Origin: Eledone cirrhosa
Taxonomy: Eukaryota
NCBI GenBank assembly: GCA_964016885.1
Contig: OZ024740.1
Span: 217,186,001-217,250,000, forward strand
Direction of reading: 5' to 3'
Length of the DNA stretch: 64,000 nucleotides
Shown in pieces: positions 26,706 through 40,764 of this stretch. A program made the translations under genes and the position numbers. The notes below the pieces were generated by a model that saw nothing but the letters and a program-made list of their open reading frames with translations, was not told the origin of the DNA and did no database searches. Positions within the stretch are counted from its first letter, which is position 1; the number at the start of each line of letters is the position of its first letter.

Positions 26706-26949
26706 TGTCACGGGAGGAAACAATAACATAACTGATGATGTCAGAGGTGTGTGACAAAAGAATTCTGAGAAACTATTTATATCTATATCATCAACTGTTG
26801 GTCAATCAATGATAAACATTGATTGCCAATTGAATTAATTATAAAAATACAAAATATACTGAAGCAAAAACCAACCCAAACCAAACAGCGAGTGTGTTTA
26901 TATTTCTGGCAATATTATAATAACATGGCCCACCCTAAATATAATAATT

Positions 26950-28596
26950 AAGGAAATGAAAAGTGGTAAGACCACTGGACCATCAGGGATAGTTGCTGAG
27001 ATGCTAAAGGCATCAGGAGAAGTAGGAACTAAACTGGTTGCACTCATAGTCAATCAAGCTATATATGGTTGAGTCATACCCAAATACAGGTGCAACAGTA
27101 TTCTTGTAAATTGCTTCAAAAGTAAAGGGGATGCTCTGGAGAGGAGCAATTATAGGGGCATAAAACTAATGGATCAGGTTATGAAAGTGACAGAAAGAAT
27201 GCAACACAACTAATTAGAGAAAGAGTCAAATTAGATGAGATGCAGTTTGGTTTTGTGCCTGGGAAAAGTACAACAGGTGCTTCTTAGTGAGAGGTTCTTA
27301 GAGAAGAATACTATAAGCTACTATACTTAGCTTTTGTTGACCTAGAGAAGGCCTTTGATAGAGTACCCCGATCTGTCATCTGGTGGTCCATAAGGAAACT
27401 AGGTGTAGAGGAATGGCTGGTGAGGACAGTGCAAGCTATGTACAGAGGTTCTGTCAGTAAAGTGAGGGTAGGAATGGAGTTTAGTGAGAAATTCCAGATA
27501 CAACTAAGAGTGCATCAGGGTTCGGTCCTCAGCCTACTCTTATTCATTATAGTTCTCCAAGCCATAACCGAGGAGTTTATCACTGGCTGCCCATCGGAAT
27601 TTCTCTATGCTGACGATCTAGCACTTATAGCAGAATCAGTAGAGGAGCTAGAGAATAAATTCTAGCAATGGAAACAGCAGTTGGAATCAAGAGGACTGAG
27701 AGTGAACCCAGCAAAGACTAAAGTGTTGATAAGTAGGAAAGAAGATAAAACTCTGATTCCATCAGAGAAATGGCCATGTTTGATATGTAGAAAATGAGTT
27801 GGCATAAATTCTATAGAATGTACACAATGCAGATCTTGGGTACACAAGAGGTGAAGTGGGATAGCAGGCAAACTAACAGGAAGGGAAAACTTCATATGCT
27901 GTAGATGTTCAAGGAAATTTGATAGTTGATAGTGTCAGCACATTTTTCAAATGCAGGTAGGATCTATACAGGTGGTTGATATCTTCCGATATCTAGGTGA
28001 TCAGATTAGCAAAGGAGGAGGATGCTCTGAGGTGATAGTATCTAGAATAAGGACAGGATGGAAGAAGTTTAGGGAACTGCTTACTCTGTTGACAAGGAGG
28101 GGTTTCTCCCTGTGAACGAAATATTGGTTATATGATGCTTGTGTGAGATGCATGATGCTGCATGGTAGTGAACATGGGCAGCAACTGTGGAGGATATGCA
28201 ACAGCTGGAGAGAAATGAAGCAAGCATGCTCCGATGGATGTGCAATGTCAACGTGCGTGAACAACCAAGCATGGGCGAGTTGAGAGTGAAACTGTGTATT
28301 AGAGGGATAAACTGTAGTGTGTGGGAGAGAATATTGCATTGGTATCGCCATGTGATGCACATGGAAGATGACTGTTGGGTGAATAAGTGCCAAGAAATCC
28401 CGGTGGAAGGAAGACGCAGTAGAGGAAGACCACAAAAAAAATAGGCAAACGTGGTGAGAGCTGACCTCAGATTGCTGAAGCTCAGAGAGGAGATGACAAG
28501 GTACTGTGATGAATGGAGAGATGCTCTGCTGAAGAGGACCCGACCCACCTTTGCAAGCAGGAAAAGTGGACTTGAAATGATGGTGATGATGATGAT
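26950..28596 (+). mobile_element. RTE-clade LINE, 5'-truncated
   Basis: NYRGIKLMDQ, FVDLEKAFDRVP, YADD and RILHWYRH motifs; (GAT)n tail; closely similar to 47505-49110. Confidence 0.92.
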
Positions 28597-28695
28597 AATA
28601 CATACATTTCTTTCAATTAAAAGAAGAAGTATAAATAGATATTACTTACCTTCATAGGTATTTTACGGCCAGGCCTTACTTGATATTATCTAAAG

Positions 28696-29272
28696 CAGAG
28701 GTACTCAAACGTTTTGCCCCCCCCCCCCCCCCCCCTCACAACCATGTAATACCCTCAGCACCGCCCCAACCCTATTTCAGACAGACCTTCCTATGCGCAA
28801 ATTGTAAATAATATATAAATAAATAATATAATATATACTATATTATATTATTTATACATATAATATGTATAGATAAATATTTTGGCAGTATCGGTAGAGG
28901 GTCGGACGCCATGCTTTCCAGCATAGTTACGTCCCTTTACGATCTGAGTTCAAATCCCGCCGAGGTTGACTTTGCCTTTCATCCTTACGGGGTCGATAAA
29001 ATAAAGTACCAGTAATGCACTGGGCATTTGCTGGCCTTGTGCCTAAAGTAGAAACAATTATATATTTTACTATGTTTTACTATATTATATATTTTACTAT
29101 ATTATATATTTTTATATATTTTACTATTTTACTATATTTATATATAATATGCATATTTAATATACTATTATATCATCTCTAGCCCCCAAACCCTAGTGCC
29201 CCTGGACCTTCTCACCCCCTCCCCACCCACACACTTCCCAGAAGGCAGTAGCGTCCACTTAGAGAACCTCTG
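28696..29272. mobile_element. hAT (Charlie-like) MITE with a nested MetaSINE-like SINE (~28882-29060)
   Basis: TIRs CAGAGGTACTCAAA and TTAGAGAACCTCTG; perfect 8-bp TSD ATCTAAAG at 28688-28695 and 29273-29280. Confidence 0.85.
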
Positions 29273-30020
29273 ATCTAAAGCGTTGAAGTTAGTTACTGTG
29301 AAGATGTGAGAATTATCCGTGGTCATAGCTTGAAGTTCTGATTGCCGTACATTTGAGAACACTGCTGCAACGTTTGTTGTTTGAATTGGATTCGGAAATA
29401 TTTCTTATCTCTCCTTTGTTCTAAGAATCTGTCATACAACTCTCCAGCGTTGTCTCCCTTCTAATTTATCCAGCCAACTAAATTACAAAACATACTATCT
29501 CTTATCTCAATTAATCCTCCAATGAAACAAAGGGAAGAAACTCATTCCAAACATTTCATTCCAGTATATAAATTTGAGCGACTTCCCTCTACTCGTCCTT
29601 CCGTCACACACTAGAGATGACTAAGGAAGGGAGTGGTGATGACATCACACATTAGAGATGCCTATCCTGGTGTCCACACCATGCTCTGTGTTAATAAAAC
29701 TGCGAAGATACAAGAAGTCATCGACTCCTCAATCTCTGAATTGTCCAGCACCTATATTTGTTTATTTGACGTTGATTTAACCCTTTAACATTTACATTAC
29801 TCTATATTTACTTTTTGTATTTTCACAGTAAACATTTTATGCCACTACATTCATCTTTTCTCTCCATCCCTATTTTCTCCCCCCCCCCCCCCCACTTCCT
29901 TCTTGTTGACCTCCACTTTCTGCCTTTGCACCTGTCGCTGTTTTGTGCTACAACTTGCAATTATTTTTTCTAGCTTTGATTTGGTATCGAGCAGACATGT
30001 CCCATATCTCTCCCACTCTG

Positions 30021-30067
<47 letters not shown>

Positions 30068-30069
<2 letters not shown>

Positions 30070-31089
30070 TTTCTTTATTGGCCACAAGGGCTGACATCAA
30101 GAAAAACAGACGGAACAGGACGGTACGATGTGGGTTTTGTGCGTGTAAATATTTTTATTATTTATATAAGAAAAGAAAAAAGACATAAAACATATATATA
30201 TATATATAAACAATAAAATGAAAATTGAAACAATGAAAAATTCCCCAATAGGGGGGAAACCTCCGAGGGTTACACGTGGCGAAAACCACACAAAAGACCA
30301 CGGCCACCCTGACTACCAGGGCAAGCGCCCTCTCTCAATTTTTCCATCTCTCAAACTACAGACGTATATTCAGAGTGGTCCCGTTCACTCGGACCATTCT
30401 CGCTACATTCACCCACCTTTCAACAAACTTGCTAGAAAGCAGCACTTGCCTCTCCACCCTGATTTTCCTCTTCAAGTGAAACTTGAAAAAGTTAATCAGG
30501 GATTCGCCGAAGAGGAAAGTGTTTGTCTTTAATCCTTTTAACCTTGTCCACCACACAATCTCTTTCGCCATGGCCACCAGGCAGATGAAAACCGCCTGCC
30601 CTTCCTCCTCAAAGGAAGACGGCGAGACCATCTGCACAATGGACTCAGTCGACAACCGGATCAGTCCCACACGTGACAGCAACTGTTCGACATAGCTCCA
30701 CAAGTCAGCAATGCTCGGGCACTGAACGAGTGCGTGCACAACGGTTTCGTTGCTATGCGCGCATCTCGGACAGGCTCGGCTGACGGCACTTCCGTGCCTG
30801 TAGAGCTTATCTCGAACCGGCAGCGCTCCCCGGTAGCACTGCCAGGCCAGGGATTTTTGGACGTTATCCATAGGCCCCGGGCTGAAAGTTCTCCGGAAGA
30901 GAGCAAGCAGCTGATCTTCTTCGACGCCCAGGATCTCTCCGAGAACGTCGTCGCTCTTCCCCTCCACTAGTCCTCTATAGAACGCCGAGGTGGATGTTCC
31001 ACCGATACTGGTGCCCAACTGGGAGAGGGCAGTGAGTGCCTGGAGACATTCCAGTTTCCAAGCGCTATCCCTCGGTCTTTTTCTGACCC

Positions 31090-31090
<1 letters not shown>
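30068..31090 (-). mobile_element. Tx1/L1-like LINE 3' fragment inserted in (TAA)n
   Basis: ORF 30356-31135 contains zf-RVT-like ACPRCAHSNETVVHALVQC; 3' end AATAAAGAAATC(ATT)n; (TAA)n on both sides. Confidence 0.85.
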
Positions 31091-31123
<33 letters not shown>

Positions 31124-31157
31124 ATAATAATACATACAACAGTAATAATAATAATAA

Positions 31158-31589
31158 TGATTTCATTTATTAGCCACCAGGGCCGACATGTAGGGGACAA
31201 TACAAAGACAGGGACAGTGGGGGTTTACAATAAGGTGGAGTAAAAGTGCACAATGGCAAGACTAATTTAACAATGAAAATATAAAAATATAAAATAAACT
31301 ATGCATAAATATAACAAAATAAATTCCCCAATAGAGGGTGTACGACCCTGGGGTGCTTCAGGTACCCCACCAATCCTGAACCACCCTGCGTTTCTAGGGC
31401 ACCCAGGGAGAGCACCCCTCTCCTCAAGTTAGCCAGCCTATAGGCGCATGGTCAGAGTAGGCCCATTCACACGAGCCATTCTCGCCACATTCACCCACCT
31501 TTTAGCAATTGTACTGGAGGGCAGCACTTCTCTCTCCACCCTCACCTTCCTTTCCAGGTGAAACTTGAATAAGTTGATGAGGGATTGGC

Positions 31590-31590
<1 letters not shown>
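31158..31590 (-). mobile_element. Short Tx1/L1-like LINE 3' fragment in (TAA)n
   Basis: QSLINLFKFHLERKVRVEREVL...RWVNVARM matches the C-terminus of the adjacent copy. Confidence 0.8.
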
Positions 31591-31653
<63 letters not shown>

Positions 31654-32759
31654 CAACAGCCAGATAACGGCAATTTCACCACCACCACCACCACCAATCC
31701 CAGCATAATAATAATTGTTTCTACTTTAGGCACAAGGCCAGCAAATTACCCAGTGTATTACTAATAATTACTATTATTATTGTCTCAAGTTTTCACAAAA
31801 TGTTTAATTCCAATATTAAGGAAATATGTCAACGCATATATTAAACATACGCGACTAACCGCATAGATTCACCGATCAAACAAACTACAGTCTATTCAAC
31901 AAAACTCAGTAACGACAACGCCATCACTATAGTCACCGCTTCCACCACCCCATCCATCATTGCTACCACTATCCCATCACCGCCGCCACCACTCCTTCAT
32001 TGCTACCACTGCTATTCCCCCATTACCTTCTGTTAACTTACGAAAGGGGAAGGTGGCGGTATCACTAGACAATATTAATAAACAATATTAATATTTAATT
32101 TTGGATCAGGAATGTTAGAGTCGAAAAGGAGGAAAATGGCAAAATGACTAAATGACTAAATAGCTAAATAGCTAAATGGCTAAGTGGACGGAGAAGATAA
32201 TTTCACCACCAACACCACCACCACTACCACGCTAAAAACTCTAGTCAAGTTACCTCAACTTCTATTTCTACTTCAACACCATCACTACAGTACTACGATC
32301 ACATCACCACCACCACTGCCTCATTATCGCTACCGCCGCTATTCTCTCCCACTACCTCCTGCTAAGTACTACTAGCACAGCACCACCACTACCACCACCA
32401 CCACCACTGCCTCATTATCACTACCGCCGCTATTCTCTCCCACTACCTCCTGCTAACACATGCATCGTAGTGTCCCCACTAAAAGAGGAAGGCATCAAAA
32501 TATATAAATAGACTGATTTGATGACCCGGTCAAAAAATCAGGAAACCAAAAATAAAAATCAAAGCAGCACAGCAACAACGAAAAACGTAAAGAAAAGAAA
32601 AATGAAGAGAAAAACAAACAGACGGACAGAGAAGGGAAGGGAAAAACTAAGTCAGACATTCAAACATTACATTACAATGAAACTTATGCTTATTCTTTTT
32701 TTTTTTTTTTTTGCCTGTTTGGTTGTTTGTTTATTTATGTTCGTCTACAGCGTGATAGT

Positions 32760-35700
32760 TTGACACAAAAATCACCGGGAGTGATGAAATCACCGGTGGT
32801 TATGTAACCATACATTCACCAATCCTCGATAAGAGTGTTTAAATGTCGAACCTAAACAGTTCGAATAACGGTGAAGTGGAGACTAGAATGTCATGTGACA
32901 GACTCTCACCCAGCAGGTGCTCCCTGGCTCAGCAGCAGGGACCTGGCTGTCAACCAAATACTGCTGGTGTCGGAGGAAGAAGAAGAAGGAAAGGGACCAG
33001 AACCAACTGGACGAAAGAATTGAATAGAACTGTTATGCAATGTTACCTGAAAAGTAATCCCAAGGAGAAAGGCTATAGGAAACGGATGCATAACATCTGG
33101 AACGAGATTGGTCTATTTAAATTAGATGAACAAAAATTGGCCGGGCAGGTTCGGGTAATAAGAACTAATGGGTGGATAAGCGAGCTGGAACTGGAGGAAC
33201 TGAGCAGAGAGATTAGCCTGGAAATGGAGAGTGGAGTATGCCAGGCAAACGAGCCAGTGGGAAATGAAGGTGAAGAGGTTGAGAGAACGGAGGAACCATC
33301 CGAAGCAGACAATGATCTGAATGCTGAAATAAATAATACCTGGAACAAAGATACGGCCATTGAGGAGATGAATGCTGACAAGATTTGGTTGATATCCTAA
33401 ACTTAGTGGTATGTGAATTGAATAATGATAGTGGGAAACCTATGAACCTAAGATTTGTAGACAGGAAAAAGTTAAAAGAAACAACAGCTAAGGTAAACAA
33501 AGTCATCCCATACCTTGAAGCTAGGAGCCTTCACCAGTGCAACAATATCCTCAAAGCAACAGCAAATGCGGTGAGGAAATTACTTGGTATAAAAGCGAGA
33601 GGAAACAACAAACAAGAAAGATCAGAGCCTTGGTGGAAGAAACGACTGAGTGGTCAAATCAGAGAAATGAGAAATGACATTGGAAAGCTTGAGTCCCTAC
33701 TGAATGGGACACTAAAAAACATAGACACTAAAAATAGATTGGAAATAAAGTACAAAACTAGGAGGAAAAAGTTAAATATTATCATAGAGGAACTGAAGCA
33801 ACGCATTGTAGCAAAGAGTGCAAAAATTAGGCGATACGAGAGCAGAGTCAGTCGGTATAGACAGAACCGCATGTTTAACAACAAACAGAAGATGCTGTTT
33901 GGACAGCTTGAGGGGAAAGAAAGAGGCAACGACTTGATCCCTGAGGCGGAACAAACTAAAACATTCTGGAGAGGAATATGGGAGCAGGATGTTAAACATA
34001 ATGACCAGGCAGTGTGGATTGAGACAGTACAGAAGGAGATTAGTGAACAGGCACACCAACAAACTGACTTGAGTATCACAGTTGAAACTCTTAAGGGGCA
34101 GGCCAAAAAACTAACCAACTGGAAATCACCAAGCCCAGATGGTGTGCAGGGGTATTGGATTAAAAATATAACATCCCTCCACCCGAAACTGACAACCATG
34201 TTCAATGACTGCTTGATGTCAGGTGAGGTACCAGAGTGGTTGACAAAAGGTACCACAGTTCTGGTAATGAAGGACCGAATCAAGGGTAATGATGTTACCA
34301 ACTATAGACCTATCACATGTCTGTCCGTAATGTGGAAACTGTTGACAAGCATTATGTCTGAGGAAATCTACCATCACCTCCACACAAACAACTTGTTACC
34401 GGACGAACAGAAAGGATGCCGAAAGAAGTCCCGTGGTACAAAGGACCAGTTACTTATTCATAAGATGGTAATGAGGAATTGCAAGAGGAGACACACTGGT
34501 CTTGCCATGGGATGGATAGACTACAAAAGGCATTTGACATGGTGCCTCATTCTTGGATCACCAAAAGCCTAGAGATCTTCAAGGTGGCAGATAACATCAG
34601 ACAGTTGTTGGGCAAAAGTATGAAGTCCTGGGAAACAGAGTTAACATCAGCTGGAGAATCCTTGGGAGGCGTGAAGATCAAGAGAGGTATCTTCCAGGGA
34701 GATAGTCTGCCCCCTCTGTTGTTTGCCCTTGCTCTGATGCCTCTGACCATTATACTGCGAAAAGTGAGAGCAGGATACAAGTTGGGAAAGGGAGAGCTTA
34801 CCATCAATCACCTCCTCTTCATGGACGATCTTAAGCTCTTCGGGAAGAGTGAGAAGGAGTTGGATGTGCTTGTTGACACTGTCCGTATTTTCAGCAATGA
34901 TATATGTATGCAATTTGGTATTAGTAAGTGTGGAGTCCTTGTGATGAAGAGGGGGTAAATTGAGCAGAAGCAACGGAATCCAGGTACCAACAGGTGAGAT
35001 GATAAAGGAAATTGTCACTGAAGAAGGATACAAGTATTTGGGTGTTCTGGAGGCTGATGACATCAAGAACAAAAAAATGAAGGAATTGATAAGAACTGAA
35101 TACATTCGGAGAGTAAGGAGCGTATTAAAGTCACATCTGAACAGTAGGAATGCCATAAGTGCAGTAAATTCCCGAGCTGTGTCTATTATTAGGTACAGTG
35201 CGGGAATTCTGAGATGGAATGTTGCTGAACAAAAAGAAATGGATAGGAAGACTAGGAAGCTATTGACTATCTACAACATGTTCCACAAGAGCAATGATAT
35301 CGATAGACTCTACTTAAGGAGATCTGAGGGTGGAAGAGGTCTTATCAGCATAGAGGACTGTGTTCAGATGGAGAAAAACAACCTACACAAATACGTGACT
35401 GATAGTAAGGAGCCAATGCTCAGAACTGTACTGAAGGAGAGGACAATAGACCAGGGGGTGTCCAAGGAGGAAATAACAACAAGGAGAAAGAGCAGCCTTC
35501 AGGAAAAATCCCTTCATAGTACCTTCTTTGAGAAAACTGAATTCAGAGATCCACAGACATGGAACTGGTTGAAAAGAGGAGACCTTAAAAAGGCTACAGA
35601 AGGAATGTTAATGGCTGCGCAAGAGCAGGCCCTCAAAACGAAGTGGTTGAAACACCATATTTACAAGGAGGAGGCTAGCCCACTGTGCAGGATCTGTGGA

Positions 35701-36320
35701 GAGAGAGAGGAGACTGTGGCTCACATTGTATCCGAGTGTAAACACCTAGCCCAGACTCACTATAAGGGCTGGAGACATGATGTGATGGGCAGGGTGATCC
35801 ACTGGCACCTATGCAGAGTAAACAATTTACCACATTCTGAGAAGTGGTATGAGCATAAGCCAGAGTCGGTGATAGAAAACGATCAGGTGAAGGTGCTGAA
35901 ACTGGACAAAAAACTGGAACACAATAGACCTGACCTGGTGGTTTTGGACAAAGAAAAAAATCGTGCCTGATTGTGGATGTGGCCTGCCCATTCGACACGA
36001 GAGTGCAAGAGAAGGAGAGGGAGAAAATTAACCGATACCAGGACTTAAAGTGGGAGGTAAAAAGGATTTGGAACTGCCATGAAGTCAAAGTGGTCCCGAT
36101 TGTCATAGGCGCACTAGGTACTATCTCAAAAAGTTTTCAGGGATGGTTAAAGAAAATTGGCCCCTTCACGCTTTTTGGAACGCTTCAAAAGACATGCTTG
36201 CTGGGAACAGCAAGAACCCTCCGATACGTCCTGAATATCTGAGGCTGCAGGTTGTGGCTTGATATTCATTTCAACAAACTTTCAAGTTAACTAACATCAA
36301 TGACTGAGACTCAAAGAACA
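32760..36320 (+). mobile_element. R4/Dong-like non-LTR retrotransposon with restriction-like endonuclease, near full length, frameshifted
   Basis: N-terminal RTNWT..GYRKRMHNIW; RT motifs NYRPITCL, GIFQGDSL, LLFMDDLKL; CCHC CRICGEREETVAHIVSEC; RPDLVVLD..DVACPFD..EKINRYQDL; ends in (TAA)n. Confidence 0.9.
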
Positions 36321-36344
36321 ATAATAATAATAATAATAATAATA

Positions 36345-36960
36345 ACCATCACCCTGAGGCTGTAACTGAAGGAGAAGAAGTAACAATTCTCAGGGACTTT
36401 CCTGTACATACTGACAGGACCATAAAAACAAATAGACCTGACATTATTATAAAAGATCAACATAACAAGGTCTGTTTGTTGATAGATATGAGCATCCCAT
36501 TTGATCACAATATCGCAGCAAAAGAATTTGACAAGCTACGAAAATATAAAGATCTGCTTATTGAAATTGAGAAAATGTGGCACCTTAAGGCCGTTACAAT
36601 ACCAGTGATTGTGGGAGGACTGGATATGATCAAGAAAGGAACAGAACAATATTTGCGAATGATTCCTGGTTTGCCCTCTCTGCACGAGGTGCAAAAAACT
36701 CTTTTGACTGGTACTGGACACATATTGAGAAGAGCACTATCTCTGTAAGATTGATATCCCTCCTTGTATTTACATATGCATATGCACATGTGTATATATG
36801 TATACTGTTTGTTTTTTGTATTTTGTTTTTTTTTAAATTATAATCAATGTGCTGTATTAATTGGCTTACCAATGCACACTGAATTTATTTGCCCTTGGTG
36901 TTGGGAAGACACTCGGCATATATCTCAGAAACAATAATGAAGGAAAATAAGAACAATGAT
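36345..36960 (+). mobile_element. Second R4/Dong-like element, 5'-truncated (endonuclease domain + 3' UTR), different subfamily
   Basis: DFPVHTDRTIKTNRPDIIIKD...LLIDMSIPFD...KLRKYKDL; (TAA)n flanks. Confidence 0.85.
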
Positions 36961-36974
36961 AATAATAATGAAAT

Positions 36975-39880
36975 TATTATGTACAGTGCTCAGGTGCACT
37001 ACAACTCATCAAAGGTGCATGTATAGTACATAGAATAATATACAAATGTCACGGAAATGAATAGTGTATGAGTCATGATATACATGTGTGCATGTGTATG
37101 GAGGGGGAATATTAGGTGTAGTGTTGGCGAATCTCAGAAAGCATGGAGGTTTTAAAGGATGCAGTGTCTCGGCAGCTAACAACTGATGCAGGTAGTTTGT
37201 TCCATGCTTCAACAACTCTGAGCGTGAAAAAATGTTTCCGAAAGTTATGGGAGCTGTGCTGTTTTCTGACTTTGTGGGCATGCCCACGTGTGTTAGATAC
37301 ATGGAAATCAAAAAGGTACTCAGGATTGTTGTTTGCAAGATGGTTAGTAATTTTGTGGGTGTTTACCAACTCAGTTGCCAGACGTCGGAGCTTCAATGTA
37401 TCGATGCCCAGGGAAGCAAGGCGTTCAGAGTATGGTAGACGCCTGATGGAGGGTATTCGCTTGGTTGCACGTCCCTGAACAGTTTCTAGGCAGTCAATGT
37501 TCTGAGCAAGATAGGGGTTCCAGACTGGTGATGCAAATTCTAAGTGTGGCCACACCATAGCTATATACAGCTTAAAATAGATAGCTGGAGAGCAGCTGAC
37601 AAAGGTCTTTCTGAGTGATGCTAAGACACCCTCAGCCTTCTTGACAATTTTAGAGACATGCTTCATCCAACGCAAATCGCTGCTGACCGTAATGCCCAGG
37701 TCACATTAACAAGAAGACTTCTTGATATTAGTGTTGTGGAGGGAGTATGTGGACGCTGGGTTTTTACTCCCAAAATGCATGGTGGTGCACTTGTCCACTG
37801 CTAGCTTGAGTTGCCAGTCTGAGATCCATTGTTGCATTATGTCCAGGTCAGATTGCAGGAAAGATCTATAGTGTTCAGGATCTGTCCTTTTTATCTCAAG
37901 GTACAGCTTGATGTCATCTGCGTACTTCAGTACTATGGCATTCTTTAAGTTGGCATCTATGTCATTAATATATGCAACAAACAAAAGGGCCAAAACAGAT
38001 CCCTGTGGTATACCAGATGACATCTCATATGGTGAGGAATGCTGTCCTAGAACCGTGACTACCTCTCTTCGACTGAGAATGAAGGACTTTAACCAGTTAA
38101 AAAGATTATCCTTCACACCCATTGCAGAGAGTTTTGCCATAAGTCTTTTGTGTAGCACAGAATTGAAAGCTTTAGCAAAGTCAAGGTAAACAACATCCAC
38201 CCATGAGCCACCATCAGTGATCCGGTGATGTCTACAAGAAACTCGATAAGTTGATCACAGCAGCTGGAGTTAGGGATAAATCCAAATTGCGAGGGCCGGA
38301 AAAGACTGAGAATTCCAGAAGTTCCAAAGCGTTTCTCTGACACAGGATTCCATCAGTTTGGCGATGCAGCTAGTAAGACTGACTGGACGATAGTTCACAG
38401 GTGATGTGCGGTCACCTTTTTGAACAGAGGAATTACACTGGCAGTTTTTAACTGTTCTGGAGTAGCACCGTTGTTCAGACTGAATTGGAAGAAGCGTGAT
38501 AGCTGGTACAGAAGGAAGTACCCACCACGTTTGAGAAGCAGGTACGTAACACCACCAAGACCAGAAGAGGCATGGTTGCGTTTATTTTTAAGGTGATATC
38601 GGAGCATTGCAGGTGTAAATTCCATAGTTGTAATAGAATCCGATGTCAGAGGTGGTGGAGACGGTACACTCTGGTCTTCAATAGTGAAAATGCCTGCATA
38701 GCATTCAGCAATGAGCTCCGCGCATTCCTTGGGGTCGTCAGTAACCTGGCTTGTGTGGGGATTGCGAAGAGAACCAACTGGGGAGTGAGGCCTCTGCTTT
38801 GAGTGAACATACTTCCAGAACACCTTACTGTCAGGGCTGGTTGCTATGCGCTGCTCAAATTGAAGCACTCCCTTTTTTGTCACCTGTTTGAGATGGTTGG
38901 ATGATTTATTTCGCTTCTTCCTATTGATATCTGATTTATGCAGTTTGTACTCACGTTCAGCATTACAACATTCTTTTCTGGCAAGACGGACTGCTGCAGT
39001 CTTCCAAATTGCACTTTTGGGATGTTTTTTCTGTTTACATGGCATCGATGCTGCACATGCTGTCCATATTGAGCTCAGGATGTTCTGGAGTACAGTGTTC
39101 ACATCTCCAGAGTCGTAGAACTCAAGCCAGTTTGGACGTTGCACCTCGGTGCAGTAACAGTTCCAGTCTGCTTTATTCCAGTCAAAGTGAGCAGTTTGGA
39201 GATGGTTGTGGTTTTTGTTACTGCCCATGAGGGATAGATTGGCAATGATCATAGCATGATCAGTCACCTAAAGGTTCCTCAGTAGTAACACTAATAACCG
39301 ATTCAGGAGTAGTGGTGAAGAGTAGGTCCAAAGTGTTGTCACCTCTTGTTGGGGGGGGGGGGGGGTGACTACTTGGGACCAATTCGAGTCCAGCACTAGC
39401 TCAAGGAAGTCATTTGCACTTGGCGGCCATCGAAAGGTTTCCCAGCCAATCTCAATGTGATTGAAGTCCCCTGCAATAAAAACATAAGTGGCCGTTTTCC
39501 TGACAGCAACTCTGATGATATCACAAAGTTGAGTGTCCTGGTGGTAATTTGGGGGACGGTAAACGACTCCAAGTAGCAGTGTTGTCATGGTCATACGTAT
39601 ATCGCAGAAAAATACTTCCTGCTGCGATTGGTTCAAATCAACACAAGGAATTGCCGAAACATTTGAGCAAACGTAGACCATTACACCACCACCACAACGA
39701 ATAATGCAGTCTTTACGAAACAAGTTGTAGCCAGTTATGCTGAAAACCCCATCACAGAGTAAAGAATGTGCCCATGTTTCCGCGATGTAATGAAGTCAGG
39801 GTTGATACTTTTGATGTAGGAGTCAAAATGATGAATGTTATTGCATAGACTACGTGCATTCAAGGACAACAATTTGATCT
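36975..39880 (-). mobile_element. CR1-clade LINE ORF2 (APE + RT), degenerate
   Basis: GGGV..YV, GVVYRPP, AGDFN; YLDFAKAF, PQGSVL, YADD; PHLEFASPVWNP, TRGH, FFTLRVVEAWNKLP. Confidence 0.92.
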
Positions 39881-40654
39881 ATCTGGCTACCCATCTGTTT
39901 GTTCATTTTGGCAGACACACATATTGTAGCAACAGGACAGGTAGGAAATGCACTGTGTGTATGTGTGTATATTTTAAAGAATTACAGATGGAGATATAAA
40001 TATATATACAAATAAACCTAATGGAATAAAACTGCCAAGGGAGACAACCCCAAAATGGCTCAATTAAAGAATTATAGTTCCAGATTAGTATAGGGCAGGC
40101 ATATATCTAAATATTTAAAGTTGCTCCAGCTGTACCCATCTTGTCTATATATAATCAAAAGAAGAAGATATATGTATATGTAGCGAGAGCGAGAAAGAAC
40201 CATATAATCCAGAGTTTTCTGAGTCTGCTGTGGTTTAATTATAATCGATAGTTTGTGATCGATAACCGTTCACATAGATCGATTTTAAATCACAGTTTAC
40301 AGTTAACGAAATGGCGCCATAAGGTCACTTTTTGATTCCATCTTGAGTACATGTTCTTCTTTGTAATATGTATTTAGTATATATACAATATACTTTGTCT
40401 TCTCTGGGTATACGATTCTTTCTTTCTCTCTCTCTCTATATATATATTCTACTTTTGACATAATATTGAGTTAATTTATTGAGAAGCACATCATTCTAAT
40501 ATATCTGTTAGAACACGAAAAGTGTGAAACAACAGAATGTTCACTTTTCGTGTTCTAACATATATGGGTAACTTCTTCATAAATTTTCCGGGGATAGCCG
40601 TGGTGGTGGTGATCGTATGTCATTGGCTAATTTTCAACCAATCAGAGTAAGTGT

Positions 40655-40764
<110 letters not shown>

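Noticed and set aside
26730-26770. CTGATGA-TGTCA..TGACA-AAA-GAATTC hammerhead-like string
   Set aside because: No GAAA, no valid UH site and no stem I pairing
29430-29780. Possible solo LTR with AATAAA
   Set aside because: TG...CA ends and a TSD could not be defined
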